64,000 nt of DNA from Aestuariivirgaceae bacterium (lineage in GTDB: Bacteria > Pseudomonadota > Alphaproteobacteria > Rhizobiales > Aestuariivirgaceae), in assembly GCA_044870245.1 (NCBI GenBank), contig JBIOYR010000016.1:16817-80816 (forward strand). Reading direction: 5' to 3'. Positions 1 through 8,779 of the stretch are shown here, in pieces (within the stretch, counting starts at the first letter, position 1; each line of letters starts with the position of its first letter). The translations under genes and the position numbers were made by a program. The notes below the pieces were generated by a model. The model was not told where the DNA came from, did no database searches, and was given only the letters and a program-made list of their open reading frames with translations.

Positions 1-154
1 GCCCATGCAGCGGGTTCAAGCCAAGGACGGCGAAAATGATGGCCCCGATGACGATCGTCACGGCGATGGCGATGAGCGGAGACAGCAGCGCCAGCAGCCA
101 CGAAGGCTCGGCGCGCCTTTCCAGGACGAAGTCAATGCCGCGGATCGACGTCAT
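1..154 (-). CDS. ABC transporter permease, N-terminal fragment (gene runs off the left edge)
   Basis: ATG at 152-154 overlaps the stop of the upstream ATPase (ATGA). My translation is MTSIRGIDFVLERRAEPSWLLALLSPLIAIAVTIVIGAIIFAVLGLNPLHG, a TM-helix start. Position after a fused ATPase fits BMP/nucleoside-type ABC systems. Confidence 0.55.
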   Translation of the reverse strand, partial: MTSIRGIDFVLERRAEPSWLLALLSPLIAIAVTIVIGAIIFAVLGLNPLHG

Positions 155-1647
155 GCGGCGCCCGTCATCAACCGGCCGATGCTCTCGCGGGTAAGCTCGC
201 CAATCGGCCTTGCCGGCGACAGGGAGCCGCGCAACAGCACGGCGGCACGATCGGCGATCGCGAAGACCTCATCGAGATCCTGGCTGATCACCAGCACGGC
301 GGCGCCGCCGCGCGCGAGATCCAGGAGCTCCTGCCTGATCCTGGCCGCCGAGGCGGCATCGACACCGGCTGTCGGCTGGTGGATCACCAGGACGCCGGGC
401 TTGCGATCGATCTCGCGGCCAATGACGAATTTCTGGAGATTGCCGGCCGAGAGGTTCCGAGCCTTGGGATCGCGCTTGCCCTTCTGGACGCCGAACATCT
501 CGCAGACCCGACCCATGATCCGGCGCGCGACGTCGTAATCGACGATGCCGCCGCGCACCATGCCGAGATTCTCGGGGTAGCGGGTGAGGACGATGTTGAG
601 GGTGAGGTCGAAATCGCCGATGGCGGCATGGCCGAGCCGCCGGTCGGGAACAAAGGCGGCGCCGAGCCGGCGCCGTGCGGTGATGCCCATGAAGCCGCAG
701 GCCCGACCGCGGATGGCGACGCTGCCGCCATCGCCCCTCGGCCGCTCGCCCGAGATGGCGGCGAAGAGCTCGGCCTCGCCATTGCCGGCGATGGCGACAA
801 TGGCAACGATCTCGCCGCCATGGACGCTCAGCTCCTTCATCGCGAGGAGCGGCGGACCCTTGACCGCATCGTCGTCCGCCGGGCGCAGCTCCGGTATCTC
901 CGAGCCCACCATCAGGTGGCCGAGACTGGCCGCCGTCTCCTGGCGCGGATCGACCTCGGCCACCACCCTGCCCTGGCGCAGGACGGTGGCGCGGTGGCAG
1001 AGGTCGCCGATCTCCTCGGGACGGCGGGTGAGATAGAGGATGGCGCAGCCCTCGCCGGCAAGCCGCGCGAGGGTCGCGAACAATTGCTCCTGCTCCTGCG
1101 GCGTCAGCACCGCCGTCGGCTCGTCGAGGATCAGGAGCCCGGGCTTCTGCAGGATCGCGCGGGCGAGCTCGACGCGCTGGCGCTGGCCGGCGGAGAGGCT
1201 CGCGACCGGCGATGCCGGATCAAGGGCAAGGCCGTAGGCGGCGCCGACCTCGGCGATCAGCCGGGCGAGTTCGTCGGGAGCGGTTCCGGACGGCAGCGCC
1301 AGCGCCAGGTTCTCGGCAACGGTCAGCCGCTCGAACAGGGTGAAGCCCTGGAACAGAATGGCAATGCCGTTGGCGCGCGCCACCGCCGGCGATGTCGCGG
1401 CGAGGGTCCTGCCGGCCATCCTGATCTCGCCGGCATCAGCGTGAAGGCTGCCATAGAGGATCCTGGCCAGCGTCGACTTGCCGGCACCGTTGTCGCCGAG
1501 AAGGGCATGAATCTCGCCCGGCATGATGGCGAGGGACACATGGTCGTTGGCGATCACCGACCCGAAATGCCTGGTGATGTCCAATGCCTCGAGCACCGGA
1601 ACGGGTGGTGCAAGCTCTTCTGAGGGATCGCCATAGATCTCGGTCAT
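151..1647 (-). CDS. ABC transporter ATP-binding protein, two fused ATPase domains (nucleoside/sugar BMP-type)
   Basis: Internal start MTEIYGD at residue 164 of the 661-aa ORF (cat at 1645-1647). Walker A GDNGAGKST, signature LSAGQRQRVE, second domain AGNGEAEL and LSAGNLQKF. The ATGA overlap with the xdhC stop fixes the start. Confidence 0.85.
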   Translation of the reverse strand: MTEIYGDPSEELAPPVPVLEALDITRHFGSVIANDHVSLAIMPGEIHALLGDNGAGKSTLARILYGSLHADAGEIRMAGRTLAATSPAVARANGIAILFQGFTLFERLTVAENLALALPSGTAPDELARLIAEVGAAYGLALDPASPVASLSAGQRQRVELARAILQKPGLLILDEPTAVLTPQEQEQLFATLARLAGEGCAILYLTRRPEEIGDLCHRATVLRQGRVVAEVDPRQETAASLGHLMVGSEIPELRPADDDAVKGPPLLAMKELSVHGGEIVAIVAIAGNGEAELFAAISGERPRGDGGSVAIRGRACGFMGITARRRLGAAFVPDRRLGHAAIGDFDLTLNIVLTRYPENLGMVRGGIVDYDVARRIMGRVCEMFGVQKGKRDPKARNLSAGNLQKFVIGREIDRKPGVLVIHQPTAGVDAASAARIRQELLDLARGGAAVLVISQDLDEVFAIADRAAVLLRGSLSPARPIGELTRESIGRLMTGAA

Positions 1648-2156
1648 GGCTCGCCATCCGAGGTCATCAGCATGTCGAGCGCCGGATCGGCTGCGGCATT
1701 GCGGATCAGGAGCTCGCCGACAATTCCGGCGGCAATCGCGGCGGGAAGCTTGGAGGCGCCGGTCGAGCCGCCGATCGGGCAGACGAGCCGGGCGGCATCC
1801 GGGCGGGGCATGCCGGCCTCGATCATGCGCTTGATGAAGCGCATGCGCTTGGCAGCGCTGCCGACCATGCCGACAAAGGGGAAGCGGCCGCCGTCGAGAG
1901 TCTCGGCGGCAAGCGCCAGATCGAGGGTGGCGCTGTAGGTCATGATGAGGATGAAGGCACCCTCGGGAATGTCGCGCAGGAGCCGGCAGGGATCGGCGGA
2001 GATCCGGACCGCGACATTGCGCGGCAGGGCCGCCGGAAAGGAGGCACGCCGGGCATCGATCCAGGTCACCGCGAAGCCGAGCGCGGCAAGCGACGGCACG
2101 AGCGCGGTGCCGACCGGTCCGGCGCCGAACACCCATACCGGTCGCGCCGCCGCCAT
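1644..2156 (-). CDS. xdhC: XdhC-family molybdenum cofactor insertion chaperone, short form (C-terminal Rossmann domain only)
   Basis: Starts VWVFGAGPVGTAL (Rossmann motif of the XdhC_C domain) and lies immediately after xdhB. 170 aa, with no earlier in-frame ATG/GTG/TTG in the ORF track. Confidence 0.7.
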   Translation of the reverse strand: MAAARPVWVFGAGPVGTALVPSLAALGFAVTWIDARRASFPAALPRNVAVRISADPCRLLRDIPEGAFILIMTYSATLDLALAAETLDGGRFPFVGMVGSAAKRMRFIKRMIEAGMPRPDAARLVCPIGGSTGASKLPAAIAAGIVGELLIRNAAADPALDMLMTSDGEP

Positions 2157-2158
2157 AC

Positions 2159-4486
2159 TCAGCCCCCGGCTTTGAGTCGGCGGACCGCCCGCATCACCGC
2201 TTCCGGCGTCGCCGGGACGTCGAGCGCCGGCACCGCGCCGGGTTTGAGCGCGGCGATCGCCTGGGTGATGGCGGAGAACACCGAAAGGGCGAGCGGCAGC
2301 GGCGGCTCGCCCACCGCCTTGCCGCCATGGACGGTGACCTCGCGGTTCGGACGGCCGGTGAACAGCTGGACGCGGAAGTCGGCGGGGACGGTGGTGGCGA
2401 GCGGGATCTTGTAGGAGGCGAGCGCATCGGTGAGGATGCGGCCGCTCTCGTCATGGACGACCTCCTCCATGGTGAGCCAGCCGAGGCCCTGGATGAAGCC
2501 GCCCTCGATCTGGCCGCGGTCGATCTCGGGATTGAGCGAGGTGCCGCAATCCTGAAGGATGTCGACGCGGTCGAGCCGCATCTCGCCGGTCAAGGTGTCG
2601 ACCGTCACCTCGGAGCAGGCGGCGCCATAGACGAAATAGAGAAAGGGTCGGCCCTGTCCGCGCTGGCGGTCCCAGCTGACCTTGGGCAGGACATAGGAGC
2701 CCTGGGCGGCGAGCGGCAGGCGGGCGCGGGCGACGCTGTCGACCAGCGCCGCGAAACTCGTGCGGTGGTCGCCGGCAACGATCGTGCCCTTGTCGAAGCG
2801 GACGAGACGCGGGTCGATGCCGGTCGCCGCCGCGGCATGATCGATGAGGCGCTTCTTCAGCACCTCCGCCGCCCGCCGTGCCGCCATGCCATTGAGGTCG
2901 AGCGTCATGGACGATGCCGTCGGACCCGCCCCGGGCAGGATCGTCGAGCTCGCCGGCCTGACGACGATACGGCCGAGGTCGAGGCCGAACTCGTCGGCGA
3001 CGATCTGCGCGAGCTTGATGTTGAGCCCCTGCCCCAGCTCGGTGCCGCCATGCCTGAGCTCGACAGTGCCATCGCCGTGGATCGCCATATGGACCTCGGC
3101 GCGGTTGAGGGCATTGTCGGTGAAGGCGGCGCCAAACTTGACCGGCGTCAGAGCGATACCCTTCTTCAGGATCTCGCTCTCGTAATTGTGCTGAGCGATG
3201 GCCTTGCGCCTGGCCCGGTAGTCGGCGGTGCGCTCGAGCTCCTCGATCAGCGGGAGCGCGATATTGTCGCTCAAGGGCAGACCATAGGGCGTGACGTCGC
3301 GCCCGACACGATAGAGATTGCGCTTGCGCACATCCAAAGGATCGAGCTTCAGCGCCAGCGCGACGGCATCCATCAGCTGCTCGGCCACCAGCATGCCATG
3401 CGGCGCGCCGGTGCCGCGCCAGGCGGTGGCCGGCACGCAGTCGGTGCGCAAGCGGCGCAGCAGGAAGCGAAGCTCGGGATAGAAATAGGCATTGTCGACA
3501 TGGAACAACGCGCCTTCGGCGACGCGCTCCGACAGGTCGACCGCGGCGCCGCAGGCAATGTCCATCGCCACATCGACGGCGAGGACCCGCCCGCCCCGGT
3601 CGGCTCCGACGCGCCAGGCGACATGGGCGGCGTGGCCCTTGCCGGTCATGATCATGTCGTCGCTGCGCTCGAGCCGGCACCTGGCGGGCCGTCCGGTGAG
3701 ATGGGCGGCGAGCGCGGCGAGGGCGGCCCATTGCGTCGCGCCAGTCTGCTTGCCGCCAAAGGCGCCGCCGGCGCGGCGGCATTCGCAGACGATCAGCGCC
3801 TCGGAAATGCCGAGCATCCGGGCGATGACGCGCCCCACATGACTTGGATGCTGGGTCGAGGAATGGATCCTGAAGCCGCCGTCGCCGTCCGGGATGGCGA
3901 GCGCAGTCTGAGTCTCGAGATAGAGATGCTCGGGTCCGCCGATCGCGAGCGCGCCCTCGAGCCTCAGTGCCGCCGAGGCGATCGCGGCGTCGGGATTGCC
4001 GACCTTCTGAAGGCACATGGACGGGGCGATCTCGCTCGCGGCCTTGGCGGCTTGCGCCAGCGTCACCACGGGCGCCTCCTCATCGAGCGTGATGCGGGCG
4101 AGCCGCGCCGCACGGCGCGCCGCCCGATGGCTCGAGGCGACAACCGCGAAGACCGGCTGGCCATGATAGAGGATGCGGTCGCGGGCAAGCACCGGCTGAT
4201 CGCCCGCACCCGGGCTCACATCATTCACCGCCGGAATATCCTTGGCCGTCAGCACCGCGACGACATCGGCGGCGCGGCGCACCGCCTCGAGATCGATCGC
4301 CTGGATGCGACCGGCGCTTGCCTCGACAAAGCCTGGCGCGACATGAACGGTGCCGGCCGGCTCGCGCAGATCATCGATGAAGGCGGTGGTGCCGCGGACA
4401 TGGCTTGGCGCATCGTCATGGGGGCAGGACTGCCCGATGAGACGCGGCTCAGGCCCGCCGGCACCCTCGGCTCTGCGGCCTGCCAC
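2159..4486 (-). CDS. xdhB: Xanthine dehydrogenase-family molybdopterin-binding large subunit
   Basis: Motifs GGAFGGK, YLETQ and GKAVGEPPL, about 775 aa. Start proposed at GTG 4484-4486, just after the xdhA stop (TAA 4488-4490). The longer 844-aa ORF would overlap xdhA. Confidence 0.8.
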   Translation of the reverse strand: MAGRRAEGAGGPEPRLIGQSCPHDDAPSHVRGTTAFIDDLREPAGTVHVAPGFVEASAGRIQAIDLEAVRRAADVVAVLTAKDIPAVNDVSPGAGDQPVLARDRILYHGQPVFAVVASSHRAARRAARLARITLDEEAPVVTLAQAAKAASEIAPSMCLQKVGNPDAAIASAALRLEGALAIGGPEHLYLETQTALAIPDGDGGFRIHSSTQHPSHVGRVIARMLGISEALIVCECRRAGGAFGGKQTGATQWAALAALAAHLTGRPARCRLERSDDMIMTGKGHAAHVAWRVGADRGGRVLAVDVAMDIACGAAVDLSERVAEGALFHVDNAYFYPELRFLLRRLRTDCVPATAWRGTGAPHGMLVAEQLMDAVALALKLDPLDVRKRNLYRVGRDVTPYGLPLSDNIALPLIEELERTADYRARRKAIAQHNYESEILKKGIALTPVKFGAAFTDNALNRAEVHMAIHGDGTVELRHGGTELGQGLNIKLAQIVADEFGLDLGRIVVRPASSTILPGAGPTASSMTLDLNGMAARRAAEVLKKRLIDHAAAATGIDPRLVRFDKGTIVAGDHRTSFAALVDSVARARLPLAAQGSYVLPKVSWDRQRGQGRPFLYFVYGAACSEVTVDTLTGEMRLDRVDILQDCGTSLNPEIDRGQIEGGFIQGLGWLTMEEVVHDESGRILTDALASYKIPLATTVPADFRVQLFTGRPNREVTVHGGKAVGEPPLPLALSVFSAITQAIAALKPGAVPALDVPATPEAVMRAVRRLKAGG

Positions 4487-4487
4487 C

Positions 4488-5990
4488 TTAAGCGAGGTGC
4501 TCAAGGACGATCTCCCGCGATTGCGCGATGCGCGTCGATGTCGAGGCGGCGCCCCTGATCTCGGACAGCGCCTTGAGCAGCAGGGCCTTTGCGGTGTCGA
4601 GACGATAAGCGGCGGAGGCGCGCTCATCGCCGTCCGGCGCGAAATCCTCGGCCAGCATGTCGATGGCGGAAGCCCAGGGCGCGCGCTCGGCAAGGCTCAG
4701 GCCGCGCAGGCTGCGCTCGGTCACCAGCGCCCGCTTGGGCACGCCGGCGAGCCCGGCATAGGCGACCCGCGAGGCGGCGATCAGGCCGCGCTCGAGGGTG
4801 AAGCGGAAGGCGCCGACCACGATGGCGCGATCATTGTCGTAGCGCTTGGCGACCTTGCAGCAGCGAAACAGCTGATCCTCGGCAAGCTTCGGCACCGTCA
4901 CCTCGGTGATGAACTCGCCGCGGCTCCTGTCCTGCCGGCCGGGGCCGAGGTAGAGATCCTCGATCGGCAACCGACGCAGACGGCCGTCGGCCCTCAGCTC
5001 GACGGTGGCGCCGAGCGCCATCAGGACCGGCGGCAGATCGGCCGCAGGGTCACCGCCGGCAATGTTGCCGCCGAGGGTCGCCACGGCGCGCACCTGCCGC
5101 GACCCGAAGCGCCGCCACAGCTCGCCGAGATCCGGGTCGATGGCGATCAGTGCCGGCTCCATCGACTCGAGAGCGGCGGCGGCGCCGAAGGTCATCGCCT
5201 CTTCGCTCTCGGCAACGCGAGCAAGCTCGCGGACACGGCCGAGATGGATGATCCTGGCGAGCATGCCCTGATCGCGTGTCGGCCTCGCCAGCAGGTCGCT
5301 GCCGCCGGCCAGCAGAATGGCATCGTGATGGCGCCCGGCAAGAGTCGCCAGGCTGTCCAGGCTGGCGGGAGCGGCGAAGAAGCGGCGCTCGTCGCCGATG
5401 AAGATGTCGTCGTCATCGGTAAGCGCGGCGAGCTGCCTCGAGGTGCGGCGGGCGGCATTGGCAAAGGCATCGCGACGCGGCGGCGGCGCGGCGCAAGCGG
5501 CGACCGCGGCATCGATGATGGGACGGTAGCCGGTGCAGCGGCAAAGATTGCCGGTGAGCCACTGGGCGGCGCGCCGACGGTCGGCGTTGAGGTCGCTGTG
5601 GAAGAGGGTGAACAGCGCCATCACCATGCCGGGGGTGCAGAAGCCGCATTGCGAGGCATGGTGGCCGACCAGCGCCTCCTGCACCGGATGGGGCCGGGTG
5701 GCGCGCGCCGAGACATCCTCGATGGTCACCAGCTCCTTGCCGTCGATGCTGCCGAGAAGGGTCATGCAGGCATTGACGGGACGATAGGCGATGACGCCGT
5801 CCTGGCAGGTGCCGAGCGCAACGGTGCAGGAGCCGCATTCGCCGCGGCCGCAACCTTCCTTGCCGCCGGTCCGCCGATCGACATGGCGGAGATGGTCGAG
5901 CAGCGTTGCATCCGGCGCGAAATCGGCCAGCTCAACGACACTGCCACCGCGCAGGAAGCGTATGGCTCGGCGCATCGACTCAATTCCCAC
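4488..5990 (-). CDS. xdhA: Xanthine dehydrogenase small subunit (2Fe-2S plus FAD-binding)
   Basis: Ferredoxin-type CGRGECGSCTV and second cluster QCGFCTPGMVM...NLCRCTGYRPI, followed by an FAD-binding/CO dehydrogenase flavoprotein-like region. 500 aa. Confidence 0.85.
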   Translation of the reverse strand: MGIESMRRAIRFLRGGSVVELADFAPDATLLDHLRHVDRRTGGKEGCGRGECGSCTVALGTCQDGVIAYRPVNACMTLLGSIDGKELVTIEDVSARATRPHPVQEALVGHHASQCGFCTPGMVMALFTLFHSDLNADRRRAAQWLTGNLCRCTGYRPIIDAAVAACAAPPPRRDAFANAARRTSRQLAALTDDDDIFIGDERRFFAAPASLDSLATLAGRHHDAILLAGGSDLLARPTRDQGMLARIIHLGRVRELARVAESEEAMTFGAAAALESMEPALIAIDPDLGELWRRFGSRQVRAVATLGGNIAGGDPAADLPPVLMALGATVELRADGRLRRLPIEDLYLGPGRQDRSRGEFITEVTVPKLAEDQLFRCCKVAKRYDNDRAIVVGAFRFTLERGLIAASRVAYAGLAGVPKRALVTERSLRGLSLAERAPWASAIDMLAEDFAPDGDERASAAYRLDTAKALLLKALSEIRGAASTSTRIAQSREIVLEHLA

Positions 5991-6047
5991 GGGTCCCCGA
6001 TCAGTGCATTGTCGCTGAATCGCACTTGGCGCGGAAGGGTAAAATAG

Positions 6048-6117
6048 AGGCAGTAGGCATCAGGCATTAGGCAGTGAGCGGAAACTTCCCTACTGCCTAC
6101 TGCCTACCGCCTACCGA
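6048..6117. repeat. Palindromic intergenic element built from tandem heptamers (copy 1)
   Basis: Left arm AGGCAGT AGGCATC AGGCATT AGGCAGT GAGCGGA, spacer, then inverted arm CTACTGC CTACTGC CTACCGC CTACCGA. Imperfect long hairpin between DUF1028 and xdhA. Confidence 0.8.
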
Positions 6118-6788
6118 TCCCCCGCAACGCCGTAGCGCGGGGCCTTCTCGGGATCGACGGCGCGGATCAGATAGGCGTCCATCTGCGGCCGGTAGTCGCT
6201 CCACAGGCGGCGCAATGCGGCGAGCGGTGCGGCATCGTCCCAATCGATGCGGAGGTCGACCAGCGCAAAGGGCTGGGCATCGGCAACGAGCAAGGCGGCC
6301 GAATGCACCAGACCTTCCTCGCCGCCCGCCGCCAGACCGGCCTCGAGGGCCTTGAGCAGCCGCTCCGCCAGATGATCATCGGCACCGGCAGCGAAAGCCG
6401 CGGCCATCGCCTGCGGCACTGCCTCGGACGCCAGCAGGTTGCCGGCGGCAACGACGCCCTCGCCGGTCGCCACGGCATGGCGGCCGAGAATGCGCTCGCC
6501 GGTGAAATGGGCGGTGCGGCCCTGGCGATCGACCACCGCCAGCTGGCGGAAGGATGAATGCGGCCGCTGCTCCAGCGCCCGCGCCAGCGCGGTCGAGGCG
6601 TCGTAGCCGGCGGACAGGTGGTCGAGCACCAGCGGGCCGAGCGCCGGGTCGGTGATGTTCTGGGTGGCGACCGCGCCGGTCCTGGCACGGACATGCGGGC
6701 AGCGCGCCCCGACGGCGATCGAGGAGGTGGCGACGGCCACCCCGACCATGCCGGTCCTGGCGCAGCGTGCGACAGCCGAGAAGGTCAT
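6111..6788 (-). CDS. DUF1028-family (Ntn-hydrolase fold) protein
   Basis: Internal start MTFSAVARCARTGMVGVAVATSS (cat ending at 6788) overlaps the RidA stop (ATGA). The N-terminal MTFS and the GVAVATSSIAVG pattern are typical of DUF1028. Confidence 0.7.
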   Translation of the reverse strand: MTFSAVARCARTGMVGVAVATSSIAVGARCPHVRARTGAVATQNITDPALGPLVLDHLSAGYDASTALARALEQRPHSSFRQLAVVDRQGRTAHFTGERILGRHAVATGEGVVAAGNLLASEAVPQAMAAAFAAGADDHLAERLLKALEAGLAAGGEEGLVHSAALLVADAQPFALVDLRIDWDDAAPLAALRRLWSDYRPQMDAYLIRAVDPEKAPRYGVAGDR

Positions 6789-7207
6789 GGGCCTTGATCC
6801 GGAATTACAGCCGTCACCTCGATCTCCATCAGCCATTCGGGGCGGGCCAGGCCCTGGACGATGAGGCCGGTCGACACCGGGAACACGCCTTTGAGCCAGC
6901 GGCCGATCGTCTGGTACACCGGCTCGCGATGGGCGCGATCGACGAGATAGACCTGGATGCGGCAGATATGGTCGAGCGACGAGCCGGCCTCGCTCAGGAG
7001 TTGCGCGACATTGCGCATCGCCTGATCGGCCTGGGCCGCCGGGTCGCCGATCCCGACGGTTTCGGCAGTGTCGAGATCCTGGCCGACCTGGCCGCGCAGG
7101 AACACGAGCGTGCCGCGAGCAACCACCGCCTGGCACAAATCATTGTCGAGCCGCTGGCCGGGATAGGTGTTGCGGGTGTTGAAGGTTCGAATGCGCCGAT
7201 GGATCAT
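6785..7207 (-). CDS. RidA/YjgF/RutC-family reactive-intermediate deaminase
   Basis: 140 aa with a LVFLRGQVG...IQVYL...IEVTAV pattern. ATGA overlaps on both sides. Confidence 0.75.
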   Translation of the reverse strand: MIHRRIRTFNTRNTYPGQRLDNDLCQAVVARGTLVFLRGQVGQDLDTAETVGIGDPAAQADQAMRNVAQLLSEAGSSLDHICRIQVYLVDRAHREPVYQTIGRWLKGVFPVSTGLIVQGLARPEWLMEIEVTAVIPDQGP

Positions 7208-8679
7208 GATGCGGGTTTCTCCACGGGTTTGCCGGCGCCGCGCACCCGCGCCGACAGGCCGGCGGCACGTTCGGCGGCTTCAAGCGGCCCCTCCCAATCG
7301 AAAGTGCGATAGACGGCGGCGAGATGGGCGAAGGGCGGCGACTGGGCGAACAGCTGGAATGTCAAACGATGGCCGGCATAGTCGGAATTGATGAGATCGC
7401 GGGCGAGCGCCAGGAGCTTGCGGCGATCCTCGGCGACCCAATCGTCGTTGATGGTGTAGAACTTCTCGAGCCATGGCCTGGTCTCGGGATGCTCGAAGGC
7501 GGCGGCATCGGGGGTGACGCAGATCTGGCCGCCGCACAATTCGCGGGCGATGTGGATGACGCGCGGCAGCCCGGTCATGGCATGGACGCGGCCGGTGAAG
7601 AGCAGCGACTGATTGGGCATCAGGAGGCCGCGCGGGCTGCGCTCGGCGGTGGCGATGGAAGCGGTGAGATGGGCGTTGATGCCCTCGCGCCAGACGGCGA
7701 GCTCGGCGAGCTTCTCCTGCACCGCCTGCTGCTTGTCGAGGCCGGTCTGGCGGAGGTTCCACAGGGCGGCGCCGATCAGGAGATCGGCGAAGCCAAGGGT
7801 GCGCTGGACGAAGGGAAAGGCGGAATAGCGGTGCAGCGTCTGGCGGATGAAGGCGGCGGCCCGGGTGTGGCGATAGAACAGCACGTCGTCCCAGGGGATC
7901 AGCACATCGTCGAGGATCACCAGGGAATCGACCTCGTCGCAGCGGTTGGACAGCGGGTAGTCGCGGGCGGGGGCACGGCCGGTGAAGCCGGTGCGGCAGA
8001 TGTGCTTCACGCCGGGGGCATCCAAGCGCAGAATGCACCCCAACGCATAGTCGGACAGCTTGGCATCGCCCCAATTGGCGATGGTCGGCTTGAGGAACGC
8101 CTGATTGGCGTAAGCCGCCGCCGTCTCGTATTTGGCGCCGCGGATGACGATGCCTCGATCGGTCTCGCGCACGACATGGACGAGCATGTCGGGGTCCTGG
8201 TCCTGCGGGCGCTTGGAGCGGTCGCCCTTGGGATCGGTGTTGGCCGAGACATGGAACGGATCGGAGGCGATCGCCAGGGCGATGTGGCGGGCGATGTTCT
8301 CGGCGAAGCGCGGATCGATCTCGTTCAGGATGTCGCTGCCGTCCCACAGCGACCACATCTCGCCGATCGTCTCGTCGCCGACCCGGGTCACCACCCCGCC
8401 GATCTCGCGGGTGACGAGGTCGACGGCGGCGCGCTTTTTCTGCCAGTCATCCGGCTCGCGGGGCAGCTTGAGGCCGATGGCGTAGCGCTCGCCCTCCTCC
8501 TCGTAGGACATGCGGTCGCGGGTCGCAGGATCATGGGCCATGTCGTAGATCCGGGCGCGGACATCGACCACCGACCGGAAAGATGGATGGGTGGTCACGT
8601 CGCGGACCCGCTCGCCATTGATCCAGACCTCGCGGCCGTCACGGATCGATGCGCGATAGTCGTTGCCGGTCCTGATCAT
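7204..8679 (-). CDS. 4-hydroxyphenylacetate 3-monooxygenase (HpaB) family flavin-dependent oxygenase component
   Basis: 491 aa. N-terminus TGNDYRASIRDGREVWINGERV..DVTTHP is typical of the HpaB/4-HPA hydroxylase family. Confidence 0.75.
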   Translation of the reverse strand: MIRTGNDYRASIRDGREVWINGERVRDVTTHPSFRSVVDVRARIYDMAHDPATRDRMSYEEEGERYAIGLKLPREPDDWQKKRAAVDLVTREIGGVVTRVGDETIGEMWSLWDGSDILNEIDPRFAENIARHIALAIASDPFHVSANTDPKGDRSKRPQDQDPDMLVHVVRETDRGIVIRGAKYETAAAYANQAFLKPTIANWGDAKLSDYALGCILRLDAPGVKHICRTGFTGRAPARDYPLSNRCDEVDSLVILDDVLIPWDDVLFYRHTRAAAFIRQTLHRYSAFPFVQRTLGFADLLIGAALWNLRQTGLDKQQAVQEKLAELAVWREGINAHLTASIATAERSPRGLLMPNQSLLFTGRVHAMTGLPRVIHIARELCGGQICVTPDAAAFEHPETRPWLEKFYTINDDWVAEDRRKLLALARDLINSDYAGHRLTFQLFAQSPPFAHLAAVYRTFDWEGPLEAAERAAGLSARVRGAGKPVEKPAS

Positions 8680-8779
8680 GCCCGATGCTCCCAGCCCATG
8701 CTTGACGGTCGACAGGCTAAGCCTTGATCTTTAGGAAGGAAAGACGGGGTCCGCCGGCGGCGGATCTGCAACGGAAGGG

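Noticed and set aside
379-1623. 414-aa plus-strand ORF antisense to the ABC ATPase. Similar long shadows occur at 2327-4558, 9296-11350, 15630-17903, 31401-32639, 31853-33604, 41717-42958, 44951-46339, 48117-49526, 52808-54559, 54414-55625, 54700-55836, 57128-58105, 58991-59947 and 61136-62095.
   Set aside because: Each lies fully opposite a gene with clear family motifs. The translations are Arg/Gly/Ala/Pro-rich low-complexity sequence with no motifs. Stop-poor antisense frames are expected in high-G+C DNA.
4487-4693. Upstream extension of the xdhB ORF (844 aa) overlapping the xdhA 3' end.
   Set aside because: The extension is Arg/Pro/Ser-rich with no XdhB similarity. A GTG just after the xdhA stop gives the canonical length of about 775 aa.
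6048-6117. Short tandem repeats considered as a possible CRISPR array or minisatellite.
   Set aside because: The units are 7 bp with no spacers and are arranged as two inverted arms. This is a palindromic intergenic element, not a CRISPR array. No cas genes are in the window.
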